A DNA stretch of 64,000 nucleotides from the NCBI GenBank assembly GCA_963849445.1, contig CAWKHS010000002.1, positions 13,222 to 77,221 of the forward strand, written 5' to 3'. This document shows, in pieces, positions 18,620 to 27,281 of this stretch. Source of the DNA: an uncultured Acidobacteriaceae bacterium. GTDB taxonomy: Bacteria > Acidobacteriota > Terriglobia > Bryobacterales > Bryobacteraceae. The position numbers were made by a program, and so were the translations under genes. Within the stretch, counting starts at the first letter, position 1; the number at the start of each line of letters is the position of its first letter. The notes under the pieces are model-generated. The model was not told the DNA's origin. It saw only the letters and a list, made by a program, of their open reading frames with translations, and did no database searches.

Positions 18620-19304
18620 GAGACGCGCAGCAACGCACTTTACCGTTGCTTTGTGCTTCCTCTCCGCTTACCCCGCGTTTGCTAAGCAGGCGGTCTACTT
18701 CAGCAGCGGCTTCTCGCTGGAAGTCGACTCCTACACCCAACACGACCAGACGCTGGTTTTACATATTGGTGAGGGCACGCTCGAGTTCCCGGCCAATCAG
18801 GTGGCTCGTATCGATCTGCTCCCTGATTCGCCCACGGCGCCAAAGACCTCTCTCGCTTTTCGTCCGCAGGAACCCGAGTCCATTCTCGGCGAGGCGGCCT
18901 ATATGCAAGGACTCGATGAGGATTTCGTCGGCAGCGTAGCCAAAGTAGAATCCGGCTTGCGCCAGACTGCTGTTTCCAAAAAAGGTGCGATCGGCTTGAT
19001 GCAACTGATGCCCTCTACCGCCGCCCAGCTGCGCGTAGATCCCACCCAAGCGCCCGAAAACGCACAAGGCGGCGCCATGTATTTACGCGACCTGCTGATT
19101 CGCTATCACGGGAACTCGGCGCTGGCGCTGGCCGCCTATAACGCCGGTCCAGGCGCAGTCGCCAAATTCGGCGGAGTGCCCCCATACCAAGAAACCCGCC
19201 GCTATGTGGCGCTGGTGCTTCGTGAATACAGCCGACGCGTGCAGGCCAGAAAAACAACTCTGGCACGCCAGACTGCGCCTAGTAAGCCCACCTCCACAAA
19301 CTAG
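18543..19304 (+). CDS. Lytic transglycosylase (SLT domain) protein
   Basis: ESGLRQTAVSKKGAIGLMQLMPSTA and AAYNAGPGAV are SLT motifs. The true start is probably further downstream (near 18600), just before the signal-like FTVALCFLSAYPAFA. Confidence 0.75.
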   Translation: MSSCCSNMGPSLTRIRSWRRLEPRIKRRAATHFTVALCFLSAYPAFAKQAVYFSSGFSLEVDSYTQHDQTLVLHIGEGTLEFPANQVARIDLLPDSPTAPKTSLAFRPQEPESILGEAAYMQGLDEDFVGSVAKVESGLRQTAVSKKGAIGLMQLMPSTAAQLRVDPTQAPENAQGGAMYLRDLLIRYHGNSALALAAYNAGPGAVAKFGGVPPYQETRRYVALVLREYSRRVQARKTTLARQTAPSKPTSTN

Positions 19305-20268
19305 CGCCCGCCGTGTAGCCGGCCCCAACCGCTGCGAATAACACCAAATCGCCTTTTTTCAGTCGCCCTGCCGCCAGTGCATCGCACGTCGCTAGAGGAA
19401 TCGTAGCGGCTGTAGTGTTGCCGTAGCGATCCAGATTCAGAACCACACGCTCCGACGGCAGACCCAGCCGTTCCGCCGTTGCCGCGATGATGCGCTTGTT
19501 CGCCTGGTGAGGAATCAGCAGCTTTACGTCCGCAGGCGAGAGCCCATGCCGCTTGAGCAAGTTGTCGCACAATTCATACATCTTGCGGACCGCGAATTTA
19601 AAGACCTGCTGCCCCTCCTGCTTTACGTAATGGAGCCTCTGCGAGACTGTTTCCGCGCTGGCCGGCTGCCTGCTTCCTCCGGCAGGCATTTTCAGAAACT
19701 GTCCGCCTGAACCGTCGATCTCGTTCAGGTGCCCGATGAAGCCAAGCTCCGCGCTTTCGGAAGGCTCGAGCAGGAAGGCGCCAGCGCCGTCGCCAAACAG
19801 AATGCAGGTGGCGCGATCCGTATAGTCGAGAATGCGCGACATGGTGTCCGCGCCAATGACAAGTACTTTGCTATGGGTTCCGGCGGCAATCAGATGAGCG
19901 CCTACCGTAAGCCCATACAGAAATCCGGAGCAAGCCGCCAAGAGGTCGAAGCCCCAAGCGCCGGCGGCTCCCAACTGATCCTGAACCAGGCAAGCTGTTG
20001 CCGGGAACATCATGTCTGGAGTGACGGTGCAAACGATGATCGCATCCAGCTCAGTGGCCGAAATGCCCCTCCGGGCGAGCGCCTCGCGAGCGGCTGCGAC
20101 GGCCATATCCGATGTCGCCATTTCCGGTCCCGCAATGCGCCGCTCGCGAATTCCCGTTCGGTCCACGATCCAGGTATCGTTCGTCTCCACTATTTGCGAC
20201 AGATCGTTGTTGGTCAATGCGCGGGGCGGTACAAAGCAACCTAGCGAATTAATTTTCGCAGCTGGCAA
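19279..20268 (-). CDS. fabH: Beta-ketoacyl-ACP synthase III
   Basis: 329 aa. TNDTWIVDRTGIRERR, the active-site stretch AACSGF, HQANKRI and GNTTAATIP are all present. Confidence 0.9.
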   Translation of the reverse strand: MPAAKINSLGCFVPPRALTNNDLSQIVETNDTWIVDRTGIRERRIAGPEMATSDMAVAAAREALARRGISATELDAIIVCTVTPDMMFPATACLVQDQLGAAGAWGFDLLAACSGFLYGLTVGAHLIAAGTHSKVLVIGADTMSRILDYTDRATCILFGDGAGAFLLEPSESAELGFIGHLNEIDGSGGQFLKMPAGGSRQPASAETVSQRLHYVKQEGQQVFKFAVRKMYELCDNLLKRHGLSPADVKLLIPHQANKRIIAATAERLGLPSERVVLNLDRYGNTTAATIPLATCDALAAGRLKKGDLVLFAAVGAGYTAGASLWRWAY

Positions 20269-20337
20269 CGGTGCCTCCCCAGGAGAACTTTCGGATTCTA
20301 AGCGCCATTTTGTTGGGGTCGATCTACTCCGAACACC

Positions 20338-21078
20338 ATGTTACAGTTGGGGGAAATGCAAGTCGAGACTGCCCTGTTTTTCGAGACAGTGGAGCAGATC
20401 TACGCACGCGTTTTCCGAACGCTCAAACCGCGCACGCCTTTGCCGCATATCACGGTTCGATTCCGCAAATATGCCAACGCAAATAGCCGCATCACGCTTG
20501 CTGCCGGCCGGTTGCAGATCGATATAAGCGATCTGCTTGAAAGCGCCCCGGCTCCCATTCAGGAAGCCCTAGCAGTCATTCTGATTTCGAAGCTCTACCG
20601 CAGATCGCCAGAAACCGGTGTAATAGCGCGCTATCGCCGCTATCTCAACCGTGCCGATGTCCTTCGGACGATGCATTTAGCGAAGCAGCAACGCGGGCGG
20701 AAACTGTATCGCGAACCGAAAGGCAGGGTTTACGATCTCTGCGCCATTTTTGAACAGCTCAATCTGCAATATTTTGATGGCCTGATGGCGCGGCCGGAGC
20801 TGGGCTGGAGCCTGAGGCCATCGCGCACCACGTTGGGGCATTATGACCCGGCGCACCATATGATCGTCCTCACCAGCCTTCTGGATTCTGAAGACATTCC
20901 AGAACTAGCTGTCAGGTTTGTGATGTATCACGAAATGCTGCATTTACGTTTTCCGACGCAGCACCGCGGCAGCCGCCGTTGCGTGCACACGCCGGACTTC
21001 AAAAAAGCAGAAAAGAAGTTCCAAGAGTACCAGCAGGCGAAACGGCACTTGAAGGAATTTGCCCAACTCGGGCGCTAA
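20338..21078 (+). CDS. SprT-like / DUF45-like zinc metalloprotease (HExxH)
   Basis: 246 aa. YHEMLHL is followed by HTPDFKKAEKKF, a layout resembling SprT-family proteins. Confidence 0.5.
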   Translation: MLQLGEMQVETALFFETVEQIYARVFRTLKPRTPLPHITVRFRKYANANSRITLAAGRLQIDISDLLESAPAPIQEALAVILISKLYRRSPETGVIARYRRYLNRADVLRTMHLAKQQRGRKLYREPKGRVYDLCAIFEQLNLQYFDGLMARPELGWSLRPSRTTLGHYDPAHHMIVLTSLLDSEDIPELAVRFVMYHEMLHLRFPTQHRGSRRCVHTPDFKKAEKKFQEYQQAKRHLKEFAQLGR

Positions 21079-21098
21079 CGGCAGCCTTCGTTAGGACC

Positions 21099-21674
21099 CT
21101 AGGCGAATTGCGCTGCCGAAATAGAGCTGAGCCGAGCGCTCATCTCCTCCAGGTGCATAATCATGGCTCGAGCGGCCAGTGAACGGAAACCGATGCAGCA
21201 GAGAACGTAGCTACACTCGGCCTGAATCACCGCTAGGGAGAACCTTACTTTCAGCCAGATGAGCTGTGATACCAGATGCGATTGATCTTCGTGTCCATGA
21301 GCCAGAAGAATACGCGCCGCAGTATGCAGCCGATTGAAATCAACAATCAATCGGCTCAGGTATTGCCGGAAAATGTGCAGCCGGTCACGACGCAGCTTCT
21401 TATAGAGGGACAGATCAAAACCGGGTTGGCGCGAGAGAAAGCGAAAGTCCTCTTCTGCCAGAAGTCTCTGCATCGGGTAGTAGGAAGAAGCCGAGAAGCT
21501 CTCAAGCCACTCCGAAGTGATGTCTTCGGCACTGCAGCGCCGGTAAAGCTTCATCAAAATCGGCAGCACGAAGACCAAGCTCAGCACGGCGGCGGTGAAC
21601 GGAATAACGAGCACGACGGTAGGAGACATCATAACCGTGAATATAAAATACAGTAATACCGCATGCGATTTCAA
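21099..21674 (-). CDS. Hypothetical membrane protein
   Basis: 191 aa with two N-terminal TM helices. No recognisable family. Confidence 0.45.
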   Translation of the reverse strand: MKSHAVLLYFIFTVMMSPTVVLVIPFTAAVLSLVFVLPILMKLYRRCSAEDITSEWLESFSASSYYPMQRLLAEEDFRFLSRQPGFDLSLYKKLRRDRLHIFRQYLSRLIVDFNRLHTAARILLAHGHEDQSHLVSQLIWLKVRFSLAVIQAECSYVLCCIGFRSLAARAMIMHLEEMSARLSSISAAQFA

Positions 21675-21787
21675 GCCCTAAGCGCAATCTTCTTGGCTGA
21701 ATGGTCCTTTTTCCCAACATTCCCGGAAAAGAAAAGGAGAACAAAGCGTTTATCAGGGCAGATCGGCTGGAATTGGCACCCCAATTG

Positions 21788-22621
21788 TTATCGCGGCGGA
21801 GTGGAAGGAATTAGAGGGCTAGGGTCGTGGCGGGAGACCCGCAATAAACTGGCGTTGAGAGATTCGAGCTGTCCCATGAGTTTTTGTTGCTCAGCCAGGT
21901 GCCAACTGTGTCCCATGCGGACGGGCTGAGTTTCCCCTTCCGGGGTAATGAAAATCAACCAGTAGATGTAGCAAAGGCTGAGTATCACCATAACGATGTC
22001 GTCTACGACATCCAAGCTGGTATTGGCGCCTAAGCTCCACGTCAGCCATGAAGTCGCAGTCGCGCTGAAATAAACGGAAAATCCGACGCTGAATACTGCG
22101 AGATTCTTAGGCATAACGACGGGAAACCAAAGAATAAAACAGAGAATCGCAAATAGAGCGATGAGGGCGGCTGTGCATATAGCTCGATTTAGCACGAACA
22201 TCAGCCCCACTGTTCGGCCGAGCGGAGTTACAAACGAAAGAGCCTTGGATACCGAGTACTCAGCTCGGGCGCTCCACAGAGCAATGCAAAGAGCAACAAT
22301 GAAAATCGCGTTTAACAACTTGCGCGAGAACTTCAAAATCCCCGGTAAACCGCTCAGAACACCCCGTAGCAGGCCGTAGACCATTCCTAACGAAAGCGCC
22401 CATAGAGCTAGCTGAAGCGGTATCCAAGTGATTCGGTAATCTGGATATTGACCCTGCGCCAGATTTGCTTCGATCAAATCAATGAGGGAGGCAACCAGCT
22501 GTACACAAAGGAAGGCACAGAAGGCCGAGTACACCCGGTGCAGCCGAAAAGCCGACAGGCGCACGACAAGTGCGATACAGAGAACGTCATTGACGCCCTG
22601 CCCGATATGATTCCAGTTCAT
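21788..22621 (-). CDS. Hypothetical polytopic membrane protein (about 7 TM)
   Basis: 277 aa, mostly hydrophobic helices. No recognisable family. Confidence 0.5.
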   Translation of the reverse strand: MNWNHIGQGVNDVLCIALVVRLSAFRLHRVYSAFCAFLCVQLVASLIDLIEANLAQGQYPDYRITWIPLQLALWALSLGMVYGLLRGVLSGLPGILKFSRKLLNAIFIVALCIALWSARAEYSVSKALSFVTPLGRTVGLMFVLNRAICTAALIALFAILCFILWFPVVMPKNLAVFSVGFSVYFSATATSWLTWSLGANTSLDVVDDIVMVILSLCYIYWLIFITPEGETQPVRMGHSWHLAEQQKLMGQLESLNASLLRVSRHDPSPLIPSTPPR

Positions 22622-22718
22622 CTAGCGCTCTGCGGCTCGATAACTGGATGGTAATCGAAATAATCCGGAACGGCAAGAGTCGCAGCCTCATCGCAATTCC
22701 GTGTAGTCAACAAAAGAA

Positions 22719-23288
22719 TTAAGCCGCCAGCGGCGCCTGTCCCGAATCGGGATGCGGCGAGGGAGGATCGAAGCTAACGAGCGGAGCCTGTCCCGAGTCC
22801 GGATGCGGCGAGGGAGGATCGAAGCTAACGAGCGGTGCCTGTCCCGAGTCCGGATGCGGCGAGGGAGGATCGAAGCTAACGAGCGGTGCCTGTCCCGAGT
22901 CCGGATGCGGCGAGGGAGGATCGAAGCTAACGAGCGGTGCCTGTCCCGAGTCCGGATGCGGCGAAGGTGGATCGAAGCTAACGAGCGGAGCTTGTCCCGA
23001 GTCCGGATGCGGCGAGGGAGGATCGAAGCTAACGAGCGGAGCCTGTCCCGAGTCCGGATGCGGCGAGGGAGGATCGAAGCTAACGAGTGGTGCCTGTCCC
23101 GAGTCCGGATGCGGCGAGGGTGGATCGAAGCTAACGAGCGGTGCCTGTCCCGAGTCCGGATGTGGCGAGGGTGGATCAAATGAAGTGATTGACCGCAGAT
23201 CGTAAAGCCCCGTTGCCGCAGACGCATACAATTGGAAGGCTGTTGCGAGACCAATTGTCATTAATGACGTGATTAATTGTTTTTTCAT
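22719..23288 (-). CDS. Secreted proline-rich tandem-repeat protein (9 x 17 aa, FDPPSPHPDSGQAPLVS)
   Basis: The signal peptide is MKKQLITSLMTIGLATAFQLYASAA. All DNA differences among the repeats are synonymous in this frame. Confidence 0.7.
   Translation of the reverse strand: MKKQLITSLMTIGLATAFQLYASAATGLYDLRSITSFDPPSPHPDSGQAPLVSFDPPSPHPDSGQAPLVSFDPPSPHPDSGQAPLVSFDPPSPHPDSGQAPLVSFDPPSPHPDSGQAPLVSFDPPSPHPDSGQAPLVSFDPPSPHPDSGQAPLVSFDPPSPHPDSGQAPLVSFDPPSPHPDSGQAPLAA
22722..23180 (-). repeat. Tandem repeat, 51 bp x 9
   Basis: The direct-repeat unit is gctaacgagcggwgcctgtcccgagtccggatgcggcgagggaggatcgaa, with a few substitutions per copy. Confidence 0.95.
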
Positions 23289-23431
23289 AGGTCGATTTCC
23301 AGAGTATGGTAATTGTTTTCTTAAATACTCCCGACCGTACGATAGCTGAAGCTGTTAGTACTAAGGTTCCATTATCAACAGCTTTTCCGACATCGGAACG
23401 CTCTTAGTCCTAGCGGTACTGCAAAGGACTT

Positions 23432-23926
23432 GTGTGGGACCCGTCACAATGTAAAAATTTATACTGCGAGATGGGCCACCCCAAGACGGCTCCCGGCGAG
23501 CTTGAGAATTCGGAAGAAGTATGGACCAGAGACTTGGCCCATATCCGCACTTCTTACGGACGTCTCGTTTACTTAGCTGCGTTACGAAATCCGGATACGG
23601 GAAGATACGAGCACTACGGAACGACCGGCGCAGCGCGAGCGCACTCCAGCCGGACTTTGAAGCGCATCCACGAAGAACTTTTTAACGAGTGGGTAAGCCA
23701 CCCCCTCGAGCGGAAAAAGACCGATATCGACCTCTACATCACGGGAATCGATCAGGTGGGCCGCGCTGAACTCATCGATGCCTGGTTACGTCTTACACCT
23801 TACAAAAATTTGGTGCCTGCTTCGATCCAAGGCCCTGAGAGACAAAGGCATATCTCGGACTTTGAAGCAATCCTGGGGCTCCTCAAGAACGTGTATGGCG
23901 TCGCTTCGCCGGATCGAGGCGCATAG
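23432..23926 (+). CDS. Hypothetical protein
   Basis: A 164 aa ORF (GTG start; an alternative ATG is at 23471). No recognisable family. Its 3' end overlaps the convergent regulator by 44 nt. Confidence 0.4.
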   Translation: MWDPSQCKNLYCEMGHPKTAPGELENSEEVWTRDLAHIRTSYGRLVYLAALRNPDTGRYEHYGTTGAARAHSSRTLKRIHEELFNEWVSHPLERKKTDIDLYITGIDQVGRAELIDAWLRLTPYKNLVPASIQGPERQRHISDFEAILGLLKNVYGVASPDRGA

Positions 23927-24677
23927 CGACGGCGACGACTTGTCCGATAACGTCCGCTTCCCCTGGGAAGCGAAAGACGTCGGGCGCCAGTTGAGATGCC
24001 GAGTGAGCCATCACGATAAGTAACCCGTTCTGCTCCGTACACCAGCCGCAACGAAAGCCACTGCGATGCTCTATAAAGTAAATGGGGCGGTCATGTTCGT
24101 GGGTCCAACCTTCCTTTGCCACACGGCGTTTAGTTTCGTCGATCTCAATGAACGAGCCGGGCCACAGGACAGGATACATCGACCAATCGTCAGTCCCGAT
24201 AAAAGCATACCGCTGCCGGCTCACGTCGACACGGTTCAGGAGAGCGACGGGCAATTTGCCCCAGCGGCGTACCTGCCGCGCGAGATAAGAAGTCTGCCGC
24301 AGATCGACCTCTTCATCGAGTTCGGCGGGGAAATCGATTTGTACTGTATCGGGGACTTGCATGTTAGCCAAATGAGTTTTCCCGAGGGAAAGCGCAGCGG
24401 CGTCGATTATGAAATTTTCGAGATCGATGCCATACCAATGCAACACTGTGCTGAAATCTAGTCTATAGATCGCACACAGGGAATACAGGCGAAACATCGA
24501 AGGAACCGTACCTTTGTTTTCGATGTCGGCCAGGCGACTGAGTCCAATAGAGAACTCATGATTGCCGCGTTGGTCGGCTATTATCTGGCTCGCTTCTTCC
24601 ACGTCCCGATAGCGCAATTGAAGGCGCTCGCGGGCGGCCCTCAGCTTTTGCCCGGGATCTTCGATTTTCGAGTGCAT
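23883..24677 (-). CDS. XRE-family HTH regulator with an S24/LexA-like C-terminal domain (CI-like repressor)
   Basis: LRAARERLQLRYRDVEEASQ...GLSRLADIENK forms the HTH. The C-terminal DDWSMYPVLWPGSFIEID resembles the GDSM-P S24 motif. Confidence 0.65.
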   Translation of the reverse strand: MHSKIEDPGQKLRAARERLQLRYRDVEEASQIIADQRGNHEFSIGLSRLADIENKGTVPSMFRLYSLCAIYRLDFSTVLHWYGIDLENFIIDAAALSLGKTHLANMQVPDTVQIDFPAELDEEVDLRQTSYLARQVRRWGKLPVALLNRVDVSRQRYAFIGTDDWSMYPVLWPGSFIEIDETKRRVAKEGWTHEHDRPIYFIEHRSGFRCGWCTEQNGLLIVMAHSASQLAPDVFRFPGEADVIGQVVAVAMRLDPAKRRHTRS

Positions 24678-24738
24678 TTATGATTAACTTACTGAACACG
24701 GACAATAAATAGCCGGCAGTAATGCGACTGATTGCGCC

Positions 24739-24758
24739 TTGTTCTGTTTTCGGAACAA
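24739..24758. promoter_or_regulatory. Inverted repeat TTGTTC-N8-GAACAA (candidate operator)
   Basis: A perfect 6-bp-arm palindrome 62-81 nt upstream of the CI-like regulator start. Confidence 0.25.
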
Positions 24759-24949
24759 ATGTTACTACGGTGGATCTAACAGTCCAGTGTAAACCCGAGG
24801 CGGTTCTGCGCATCACAGGCGGCACCCGAAAGACGTGCCGGAGGATGTATGTCATAGAAAGCGAGAAGGAATTGAGCACGATGCCGGCAAATCGCGATAC
24901 TACCTTCAGTACCGAAGAACTGCCAGCCGCACCGAGGGAGAGCACGTAA

Positions 24950-25792
24950 TTGCCCGGTAAGTCCCGTTTGTCAGTTGCCTTTCAAGGCGAGCGAGGTGCA
25001 TTCAGTTTCACTGCGGCCCGCAAGTTACTGGGTGAAAGTGTGGCGCTTTATCCGTGCGAATCCTTCAAAGACGTTTTTGAAGCAGTCAACAAATCCGCTG
25101 TAAATTACGGCGTAATTCCCATTGAAAATACCTTGCATGGAAGTGTTCATGAGAATTACGATCTTCTGCTGAATTACGAACTTCGGATCACAGGAGAGAC
25201 CAGCCTGCGCATCTCGCATCAGTTGATCGGCATGCCTGGACAACGCTTCCAGGACGTAACACGCGCCTTTTCACATCCAGTCGCTTTGAACCAGTGCCGG
25301 CAGTTTTTCGAAAGGTATAAGCGAATTACACCGGCTTCGTTTTACGATACAGCTGGAAGCGTGAAGATGTTGAAAGAACAAGGCCCGGAAAACGCCGCAG
25401 CGATCGCCTCCGAAGATGCCGCCGTAATTTACGGCGGGAATATACTAAAACGCAACATAGAAGATAACCGGCAGAACTTCACGCGCTTCTTCCTGCTCTC
25501 AGGGCAAAGGAGAAGGAAGGAGAGGAAAACCGGGACGTGGAAGACTTCGATCGTCTTTGCCACGGTAAACGCACCGGGCGCACTGTTCAGGGCTCTGGCG
25601 TGCTTCTCGCTGCGGGACCTTAATCTTACTAAGATCGAGTCCCGGCCGCTGCGGTCGCGTCCCTGGGAGTATCTTTTCTACGTAGATATCCTAGGAAGCG
25701 AGCAGGAGGAAGCGCTTAGCCGGGCCCTTGAGAACTTACAAGAGACTAGTAGCTTTTTTAAGGTGCTAGGCAGTTACCAGCCGACGCCTTGA
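24950..25792 (+). CDS. pheA: Prephenate dehydratase
   Basis: AFQGERGAFS, GVIPIENTLHGSV, TRFFLL and the ACT-domain ESRP motif are present. The start is TTG and is uncertain. Confidence 0.85.
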   Translation: MPGKSRLSVAFQGERGAFSFTAARKLLGESVALYPCESFKDVFEAVNKSAVNYGVIPIENTLHGSVHENYDLLLNYELRITGETSLRISHQLIGMPGQRFQDVTRAFSHPVALNQCRQFFERYKRITPASFYDTAGSVKMLKEQGPENAAAIASEDAAVIYGGNILKRNIEDNRQNFTRFFLLSGQRRRKERKTGTWKTSIVFATVNAPGALFRALACFSLRDLNLTKIESRPLRSRPWEYLFYVDILGSEQEEALSRALENLQETSSFFKVLGSYQPTP

Positions 25793-25797
25793 ATGCG

Positions 25798-27207
25798 TCA
25801 AATGTCGTAATAGAGGGCAAATTCATAGGGGTGCGGGCGCAGACGAACAGCCTCGGCTTCGGATTTGCGCTTGTAAGAAACAAACGTCTCAATCAATTCC
25901 TCCGAGAACACGTCGCCCTTGGTAAGAAAGCCGTGGTCCTCTTCCAGGCAGGAAAGAGCTTCGTCAAGTGAGCCAGGCATCGAGGGGACCTTCTTCATCT
26001 CTTCGGGAGAGAGATCGTAGATGTCCTTATCGAGCGGCTCGCCTGGGTCGATCTTATTGACAACGCCGTCCAACCCGGCCATCATCATGGCCGCAAAGGC
26101 CAAATAAGGATTCGAAGCAGGATCAGGCGGGCGGAACTCGACGCGTTTCGCTTTGGGACTGTTCGAGTACATGGGGATGCGAACGGCAGCGGAGCGATTG
26201 CGACGCGAGTAGGCTAAGTTGACCGGGGCTTCATAGCCGGGGACCAGACGTTTATAGCTGTTGGTTGTGGGAGCGATAATCGCCGACAAAGCGCGCGCGT
26301 GACGCAGCAGGCCGCCGATGTACCAGAGAGCGGTTTGACTCAGACCGGCGTAGTTATCGCCGGCGAAAAGGGGCTTGCCTTCAGCCCACAAGCTTTGATG
26401 GGTATGCATGCCGCTGCCGTTATCGCCGAACAAGGGCTTGGGCATGAAGGTGACCGTCTTGCCGTATTGATAGGCGACGTTCCGCACGATGTACTTGTAC
26501 AGCATCATGTTGTCGGCGGACTTGACCAGAGTGTCGAATCTTTGGTCGATTTCGCACTGGCCGCCTGTCGCCACTTCGTGGTGGTGGCATTCGATGTTGA
26601 GGCCGCATTCGAGCATGGTTTGGACCATTTCGCTACGCAGGTCCTGGTAATGGTCGGTCGGGGGAACCGGAAAATAGCCTTCCTTGTATCGTGGCCGGTA
26701 ACCCAAGTTATTGTGTTCGCGGCCGGAGTTCCAGCGGCCTTCTTCGGCATCGATGAAATAAAAGCCGCTGTGCTGGTTTTGATCGAAGCGGATGTTGTCG
26801 AAGATGAAGAACTCGGCCTCAGCTCCAAAGTAGGCGGTATCGGCTACACCGCTGCTTTTGAGCTGAAGTTCCGCTTTCTGCGCGATCCAGCGAGGATCAC
26901 GGTCATAGTGCTGGCGCGTGATAGGGTCGATGATGTCGCCCAGCATGATCAATGTCCTGGTCTCCGCGAAAGGATCCATGAAGGCAGTGGAAGGATCGGG
27001 AATGATGAGCATGTCGCTCTCATTAATCGCCGCCCAGCCGCGGATACTGGAGCCGTCGATTCCGAAGCCATCTTCAAACGAGCCCTCATCGAGCATGCTG
27101 ATGGGATAGGAGATGTGTTGGTTCAATCCGGGCAAGTCGGTAAAGCGCAAGTCGACTTGCCTGGCATCGTTCTTCTTGGCGAACTCAAGAGCTTGCTGTG
27201 GGGTCAT
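25798..27207 (-). CDS. glnA: Glutamine synthetase, type I
   Basis: 469 aa. [28 protein letters not shown], the adenylylation-region NLYDLP-like IYDLSPEE, and the C-terminal EFALYYDI are present. Confidence 0.95.
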   Translation of the reverse strand: MTPQQALEFAKKNDARQVDLRFTDLPGLNQHISYPISMLDEGSFEDGFGIDGSSIRGWAAINESDMLIIPDPSTAFMDPFAETRTLIMLGDIIDPITRQHYDRDPRWIAQKAELQLKSSGVADTAYFGAEAEFFIFDNIRFDQNQHSGFYFIDAEEGRWNSGREHNNLGYRPRYKEGYFPVPPTDHYQDLRSEMVQTMLECGLNIECHHHEVATGGQCEIDQRFDTLVKSADNMMLYKYIVRNVAYQYGKTVTFMPKPLFGDNGSGMHTHQSLWAEGKPLFAGDNYAGLSQTALWYIGGLLRHARALSAIIAPTTNSYKRLVPGYEAPVNLAYSRRNRSAAVRIPMYSNSPKAKRVEFRPPDPASNPYLAFAAMMMAGLDGVVNKIDPGEPLDKDIYDLSPEEMKKVPSMPGSLDEALSCLEEDHGFLTKGDVFSEELIETFVSYKRKSEAEAVRLRPHPYEFALYYDI

Positions 27208-27281
27208 AGATCTCCAGGGAAACAACTATCTATATCACCCGGTGGAGGCAAGGGACGCGCGCGCGAAACTGGTAGGAGCAG

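Noticed and set aside
22722-23180. Possible CRISPR array
   Set aside because: The 51-bp units are directly adjacent with no unique spacers. They lie inside a CDS, and no cas genes are present in the window.
22688-23254. Two further long ORFs across the 51-bp repeats (minus-strand frame RIRTRDRHRSLASI..., and plus-strand 22752-23183 RMRRGRIEANER...)
   Set aside because: A repeat unit divisible by 3 and free of stops keeps every frame open. Only the FDPPSPHPDSGQAPLVS frame has a signal peptide and purely synonymous inter-copy variation. The other frames change amino acids between copies.
24722-24949. A 75-aa ORF upstream of pheA, considered as a leader peptide or attenuator
   Set aside because: It has no run of Phe codons and no obvious alternative hairpins, and it is far longer than known leader peptides. 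It is probably non-coding promoter and operator DNA shared with the divergent regulator.
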